NCBI GenBank assembly: GCA_963850905.1
Contig: CAWKMU010000003.1
Location: 192,001-256,000 of the forward strand
DNA length: 64,000 nucleotides
From: an uncultured Gemmatimonadales bacterium
GTDB lineage: Bacteria; Gemmatimonadota; Gemmatimonadetes; Gemmatimonadales; Gemmatimonadaceae
Direction: 5' to 3'
The notes below the pieces were generated by a model. It was not told the DNA's origin. It ran no database searches and saw nothing but the letters and a program-made list of their open reading frames with translations. The translations under genes and the position numbers were made by a program. Every line of letters starts with the position of its first letter. The first letter of the stretch is position 1. This document shows, one piece after another, positions 59,308 to 64,000 of the stretch.

Positions 59308-59460
59308 GGGGGTGCGAAGAGGGGTTTTTGAAGCCCAGTCGAATGTATGAGGCCCTCACCATGTCTTCCGCCGTCCCCGCACTGGGGCATGACGTCAACA
59401 CAGATTGTCGAACCCACTCGGTGGACTTATCGGCTCAAAAATTAAACCTCTTCGCCCCTA
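59308..59460 (-). ncRNA. ssrS: 6S RNA (SsrS)
   Basis: Closing stem GGGGCGAAGAGG/CCUCUUCGCACCCC; inner stem UUUUUGAGCC/GGGCUUCAAAAA; central bubble; UGAGCCGAUA and ACAUUC segments as in E. coli 6S; terminator downstream. Confidence 0.85.
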
Positions 59461-59640
59461 CCAACTACCAAAGCAATATGTGTTCGCAGACCTCGATGCA
59501 ACCAAACGCGGCTGTCGTCGGTTTCATTCGCGCGTGCACTGCGTTGCAACGCAATGTAGGTGCCGCCCCATATACCGTCAATCACGACGCAGCCACCCAC
59601 TTCGTCACAGAGTCGACGCAATCGTCACGATGTAAGAGGT

Positions 59641-59761
59641 TAGACGTTGGACGTTAGAGTTTGGACGTTAGAGAGAAACCTCGGGCCGAGCGAAGTGCAC
59701 CGCTGCTGGCCCCGAAGTTTGTTCTCCAACGTCTAACGTCCACCGTCCACCGTCTTACGTC
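59641..59761. repeat. miniature element with inverted GACGTT heptamer arms
   Basis: GGACGTTAGAGAGAAACCTCGGG...CCCGAAGTTTGTTCTCCAACGTC; ends homologous to 40009-40151. Confidence 0.8.
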
Positions 59762-59881
59762 GTGCGCGGTTCGCTGCACTCCGCGGCACGCATGCGGCCA
59801 CACTGCGCGCGGCCTGGCGCACCACGGGGTGGAGCGACACGTTTCTTCGCTCACGTCTTTACCCGCCGCTAGCTTCACACT

Positions 59882-60067
59882 ATGGACATCGGCCTCGTCG
59901 CAGCGATCATCATGCTTATCGTGTGGGCAGTCGGCGCGTTCGCACTCGACGCGCCTGGCTGGATCCACCTGCTGCTCACCGTGGGAATGTTTCTCCTGAT
60001 CTGGCGCATTGCCGTGGTTACAGCGGGTCGATCCCGCGCGAATGCCGCGGACCGCGATAAGGGGTAA
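59882..60067 (+). CDS. small membrane protein (lmo0937/DUF5670-like)
   Basis: LIVWAVG...GWIHLLL pattern; two TM helices. Confidence 0.65.
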   Translation: MDIGLVAAIIMLIVWAVGAFALDAPGWIHLLLTVGMFLLIWRIAVVTAGRSRANAADRDKG

Positions 60068-60109
60068 GCGACGCGACAGCGTCCGCGGCCAGCCCAGCCA
60101 AGTCCACCG

Positions 60110-60138
60110 TTGAGTTCGCCACAGTCGCGCCATATGTT
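60110..60138 (+). promoter_or_regulatory. sigma70-like promoter
   Basis: TTGAGT-17 nt-TATGTT; same arrangement upstream of the paralog at 61033-61061. Confidence 0.65.
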
Positions 60139-60168
60139 TGAGCGCCTTCTCACCAGGGGTGCCTGCTT

Positions 60169-60969
60169 ATGCGCAAGACTCCTGTACGTGCAGCACTCGT
60201 CATCCTCTGCGCAGCGATCGGCTTGGATGCCAATGCGCAAGCGACGACGGACTCGACGCACCAGGACCCGACGAGTCAGGTGACCGCGGCTGCTGCCGCA
60301 CCAATGCCCGCCGGCACTGCGGCCGCCGCGGCCGGCGTCGGGTTCGCGATGCCATTGGACGTTCGTGGCTATCACATGACTGACTCCCTGCGTCTGCCCG
60401 GTGCCGGCCAAGCCACGCAGTACACGTACACGCACCCGCCGCATGATCGCATCACGGTCTTGGTGTCGCCGTACGAGTCAGGAACCCCGCTGCGCACGCA
60501 GGATGACACGACGGGGATGCTGCAAAGCACCGTCGACATGTTGCGCATGTCGCTGGACAACACCTACCACCAAGGCGATCTCACCGCCTTCAATGTGCTG
60601 TCGGAGCGGAGCGACGACATGAAAGCGGCGGGGCGCAAGATACGCGGCTACTCGTTGGTCGTCGGCCTGACACACCGTGGCGCGGTCACTCTCCCCACGT
60701 TGTCGACGTCAGCGTGCAACGCCGGCAACAACACGGTCGTGGCGAGAGACACCAGCCGGCAGTTTGGGTCTGGGTCGAGCACCGAAATGCTGCGAGGCTG
60801 TTCCACCTCTTCGGGTCGCGCCTTCGAGGGGTATGTGTACTACGCTGCCTGGGCCTTCGGCGACCGGATAATCCGCGTTCGCGCGGACCTGCCGCAGCAA
60901 GTAGCCGCAAATGAGCAGGCTCCCGATTTCGCTAAGAAACTGTTGGCCGCGCTGGCGGGGTCGCATTGA
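60169..60969 (+). CDS. exported hypothetical protein, paralog A
   Basis: Signal peptide ending ANA-QATTDSTH; aligns with 61155-61808. Confidence 0.75.
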   Translation: MRKTPVRAALVILCAAIGLDANAQATTDSTHQDPTSQVTAAAAAPMPAGTAAAAAGVGFAMPLDVRGYHMTDSLRLPGAGQATQYTYTHPPHDRITVLVSPYESGTPLRTQDDTTGMLQSTVDMLRMSLDNTYHQGDLTAFNVLSERSDDMKAAGRKIRGYSLVVGLTHRGAVTLPTLSTSACNAGNNTVVARDTSRQFGSGSSTEMLRGCSTSSGRAFEGYVYYAAWAFGDRIIRVRADLPQQVAANEQAPDFAKKLLAALAGSH

Positions 60970-61032
60970 GGCGGAGGGCCGAACGCCAGGGTCAGTTTGA
61001 CCCTCAATAGCGGTGGCTAACGCACTTTACTG

Positions 61033-61061
61033 TTGAGCTTGGCGCCCGGGCGCCATATGTT
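61033..61061 (+). promoter_or_regulatory. sigma70-like promoter (duplicate)
   Basis: TTGAGC-17 nt-TATGTT. Confidence 0.65.
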
Positions 61062-61154
61062 TGGGCGCCCTCGAGAGCAGTCTTCCCACCGTGGAACGCG
61101 GGCTGGACGGGCTCGGCCTGCTGCCGACTGCTCGACTCTCACTGGAGAGCCTCT

Positions 61155-61808
61155 ATGCGACTGGCCCTCGCACGTGCAGCACTGCTCGTGGTTTCGGTAG
61201 GGATCGGCTTTGACGCGGCCGCCCAGGCAACGACGGATTCCACCCACCGCGACACCACGGCGAACACCGCGGCGCCCAACGCCGTCGCCGTAGTCAACAC
61301 CACGGCCGGCACCAAACCATCGATGCCTACGGAGGTGCGCGGGTACCGCCGGACCGACTCCGTGAGTCTAGGCGATGCCGCTAATGGCGTGCAGTACATG
61401 TACACCCGCAACAAGAACGATCAGATCAACGTCTTCGTCGCGCCGTATCAGCCGGGAGATAAGCTCAACACGGCCGAGGACTCCACGAACTTCGCGCTGG
61501 ACGACGTCGATCGATTTTATCAGACGATTGAGTTAGCGGCCCAGCGAGGGACCGTGATTCACGCGTTCCGCCTGCTGCATCGCGGACCCGATGACTTCAA
61601 GGCCCACGGTCACACCGTGCGCGGCGCGGCCGTGTGGGCGATTTTCCAGCGGCGTGGCACCGCGGGCACGCTGTTCACGTACTACGCGGTGTTTCCTGTG
61701 CCGGGAGCGGTAGTTCGCGTACGCGCCGAGCTCCCCGCGATCACCGTCGGCAACGATGAAGTGCCGCTGTTCGCGAGGATGCTCGTCGGCGAGATGAGCC
61801 AGCAGTAG
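61155..61808 (+). CDS. exported hypothetical protein, paralog B
   Basis: Signal peptide ending AAA-QATTDSTH; shares MP.(D/E)VRGY..TDS, QY.YT and RVRA(D/E)LP with paralog A. Confidence 0.75.
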   Translation: MRLALARAALLVVSVGIGFDAAAQATTDSTHRDTTANTAAPNAVAVVNTTAGTKPSMPTEVRGYRRTDSVSLGDAANGVQYMYTRNKNDQINVFVAPYQPGDKLNTAEDSTNFALDDVDRFYQTIELAAQRGTVIHAFRLLHRGPDDFKAHGHTVRGAAVWAIFQRRGTAGTLFTYYAVFPVPGAVVRVRAELPAITVGNDEVPLFARMLVGEMSQQ

Positions 61809-61901
61809 GAGGGCGCCTCGCCGGTTGGGCGCGCTGGGGTCGCAATGCATCCAACATGGAGGGGCGGCCTTCAGGCCGCCCACCCAGTCCCCATCTCAAT
61901 A

Positions 61902-62219
61902 CTAGGTGTGTGCCGCGTCCGCTGGTCCGGTGTCCGGTGAGCGCTCGATGACCGGTACCGGCCCAGCGGGCGGCGTCCGTCGCTCGACAACCAGCGTGTA
62001 GTGTCCAGCGAGCGCGCCAATCGCCGCGAGCGCCGCGAGCGCTGGCGCCAACAACACGCCGACCACACCCGCGGTCAGCGGTAGCTCCATCACGGTGTGG
62101 CCCTGATCGTTCTTCACGATGATGCGGCGCACGTTGCCCTCGTGAATGATCTCCTTGGCCTTCGCCACGAGATTGGCGCCCGGTACGTGATGCTCTTCAG
62201 TCTGAGTCGGCAATGTCAT
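61902..62219 (-). CDS. DUF4342 family protein
   Basis: KEIIHEGNVRRIIVK...ELPLTAGVVG...LAAIGAL. Confidence 0.8.
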   Translation of the reverse strand: MTLPTQTEEHHVPGANLVAKAKEIIHEGNVRRIIVKNDQGHTVMELPLTAGVVGVLLAPALAALAAIGALAGHYTLVVERRTPPAGPVPVIERSPDTGPADAAHT

Positions 62220-62529
62220 GGATGCTCTCTGGAGAAAGTGAGTCCCACTCATCTTACGCGTCGCGCACGCCTCGAGTTTCGGCCGCACATTTGCTTCCCC
62301 GTAGTCGACTTTCCACGCCCAACCGGCAACCACACAACGTCTTAGCGGTGTCTATCCCTTCGGCAGGACCATTTCAGTGTAACACCCGGCGAGCCTCGCC
62401 AACCACGGGCAGTCGTCGCAGCGCCAGCTGATCCACTGAAGGTCGTTACGCGCAACCTGGACCAAACGAATCGGGGACGAGCCATCGCCTCGCTCACCCC
62501 CGTCCTTCTTGACCCCAAGCCCTCGTCCC

Positions 62530-63444
62530 ATGCGTGCACTGATCGCGCTTCTCGCAATCACGACGGCGCTCCCCGCGCAGGACAGCGGGACGCCTCGCGA
62601 TCGACTCGTCGTCAGCACGGCGTGGCTCGCGAACCATCTCCACGACAAAGACCTTGTCCTGCTGCAGGTCGGCGACTCGAGCACGTACCTGCAGGCGCAC
62701 ATCCCTGGCGCCAGACTCGTGACCCTCGAAGAGGTTTCGGCCGGCATGAGCGGACCCATGGACATGGATCACAAACTGATGCTCGAAATGCTCCCGCCCG
62801 ACGTGCTGCAAGCCCGCCTCGAGGCATTGGGCGTCTCGGACCGGTCGCACGTCATCGTGTATGTCGCGAAGGACCGCATCAGCGCAACGACCCGCGTTCT
62901 GTACACACTGGCCTACGCGGGAATCGGCGCGTCATCGGCACTGCTCGACGGTGGATTGCCTGCATGGCAAGCCGAGGGGAGGCCGGTCGAACACGGACCG
63001 CCAACGCCGGTCGCGGTCGCTACCATGACGGCCCACGCCGAGCCCTGGCTCATCGTCACGGCGGATTGGGTACAGACACACGGCACCGCGCCGGGCATCG
63101 CATTGCTGGATGCTCGCGAAGCTTCGTTCTACAATGGAACGGAGAAAGACGATGGCCCGCGCCGCGGCCATATCCCCGGCGCGAAGAGCCTCCCCTTCGA
63201 GGAGCTCTTCGATGCGACGCAACGCCTGCTCAGCCCCGACGCGCTGCGCGCACGATTCGCGCAGGCAGGCGTCCAGCCCGGCGACACGGTCGTCGCCTAT
63301 TGCCACATCGGCCAGCGCGCGACCGCCGTGCTCTTCGCCGCTCGCACGCTCGGCTACCCGGTTCGCCTCTACGATGGATCGTTCCAGGAATGGGGTCGCC
63401 GCACCGATCTGCCGGTCGATAATCCCGCCGCATCCGCCCGATAA
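62530..63444 (+). CDS. exported tandem-domain rhodanese/sulfurtransferase
   Basis: VSTAWL, HIPGA twice, LDGG, active loop CHIGQR, LYDGSFQEW; signal peptide. Confidence 0.9.
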   Translation: MRALIALLAITTALPAQDSGTPRDRLVVSTAWLANHLHDKDLVLLQVGDSSTYLQAHIPGARLVTLEEVSAGMSGPMDMDHKLMLEMLPPDVLQARLEALGVSDRSHVIVYVAKDRISATTRVLYTLAYAGIGASSALLDGGLPAWQAEGRPVEHGPPTPVAVATMTAHAEPWLIVTADWVQTHGTAPGIALLDAREASFYNGTEKDDGPRRGHIPGAKSLPFEELFDATQRLLSPDALRARFAQAGVQPGDTVVAYCHIGQRATAVLFAARTLGYPVRLYDGSFQEWGRRTDLPVDNPAASAR

Positions 63445-63582
63445 CGCGGCCGCGCCTTGCGGTGACCGGGAGCGACACCCGCGTGTGCCGCGCCTGATGA
63501 CGCCGTAAATCGGCGGGTAGGGGCGACGCCATGCGTCGCCCGTCATCGCCGTCCACACGAACCGTCACCGGGGCCGCCCGTT

Positions 63583-63611
63583 TTGACAATGTGGTACCAC
63601 GGTACCATCAT
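63583..63611 (+). promoter_or_regulatory. promoter with GGTACCA operator repeats in the spacer
   Basis: TTGACA-17 nt (ATGTGGTACCACGGTAC)-CATCAT, 6 nt before ATG 63618. Confidence 0.6.
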
Positions 63612-63617
63612 TGCTCC

Positions 63618-63917
63618 ATGCCCGTTCGCGTGCAACGCGTGCAAACCGGTGTGCGCCTCGAGAAGCACCTGCTGCAGGTCCTCAAAGGACTCGGCGCATA
63701 CCTCGACTTGTCGCTGGGCGATCTCCTCGAGGGCATCGTGCTCCATGCGTTCGAGGGACGCGCACCTTTCTCCGAGGACACGCTGACCCGGATCGCCACA
63801 CTGCGCGATGTGTATCGGCTGCGCCTCACCGCGGCCGATAGCCATCAGCTGCTAGAGGACCCGGACACCGTTCCCGCTCGCCCGCCACGTCGCGCGCGCG
63901 TCGCGCGCCGGCGATGA
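63618..63917 (+). CDS. small putative ribbon-helix-helix DNA-binding protein
   Basis: Beta-strand RVQTGVRL followed by helices EKHLLQVLKGL and SLGDLLEGIV. Confidence 0.6.
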   Translation: MPVRVQRVQTGVRLEKHLLQVLKGLGAYLDLSLGDLLEGIVLHAFEGRAPFSEDTLTRIATLRDVYRLRLTAADSHQLLEDPDTVPARPPRRARVARRR

Positions 63918-64000
63918 GCGCACATCAATGACGTCAAACGATCACGGGTTGTCCTCCGCAGTCCCGCGTCCCGGACCACAGCCCTTTGCAGGCGGATGGT

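Noticed and set aside
59452..59461. Minus-strand GTAGGGGCGA resembling a REP start
   Set aside because: No REP palindrome follows; it is the 5' closing stem of the 6S RNA.

Overview
High-GC bacterial chromosomal window, most likely Gemmatimonadota (inferred from lineage-type inserts in RpoB/RpoC and from gene content). Mostly core genes: the tRNA cluster-tuf-rpmG-secE-nusG-rplKAJL-rpoBC block, cysS, pspA, uvrA, ccmEFH, glpK, gyrB/DUF721/recF, ligA, folE and 6S RNA. Many essential genes carry single-base indels, best explained as unpolished long-read errors. Most notable signals: (1) tuf has extreme G/T-ending codon usage (26 of 28 Leu codons are TTG), unlike all its neighbours; (2) 16 GTAG-type REP palindromes, all on the same strand, including a 4 x 111-bp tandem array; (3) miniature elements with inverted 7-bp-repeat arms, with heptamer runs also in frame inside recF and ccmH; (4) downstream of rpoC, GT-C-like membrane glycosyltransferases with two aryl-sulfate sulfotransferase lipoproteins, within a ~2-kb tandem duplication whose gene remnants differ mainly at synonymous sites; (5) a Cys-type CcmE paired with a Tat-signal, Cys-rich CcmH. 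No CRISPR array, prophage or transposase gene was seen. All calls come from manual reading; no database searches were run.
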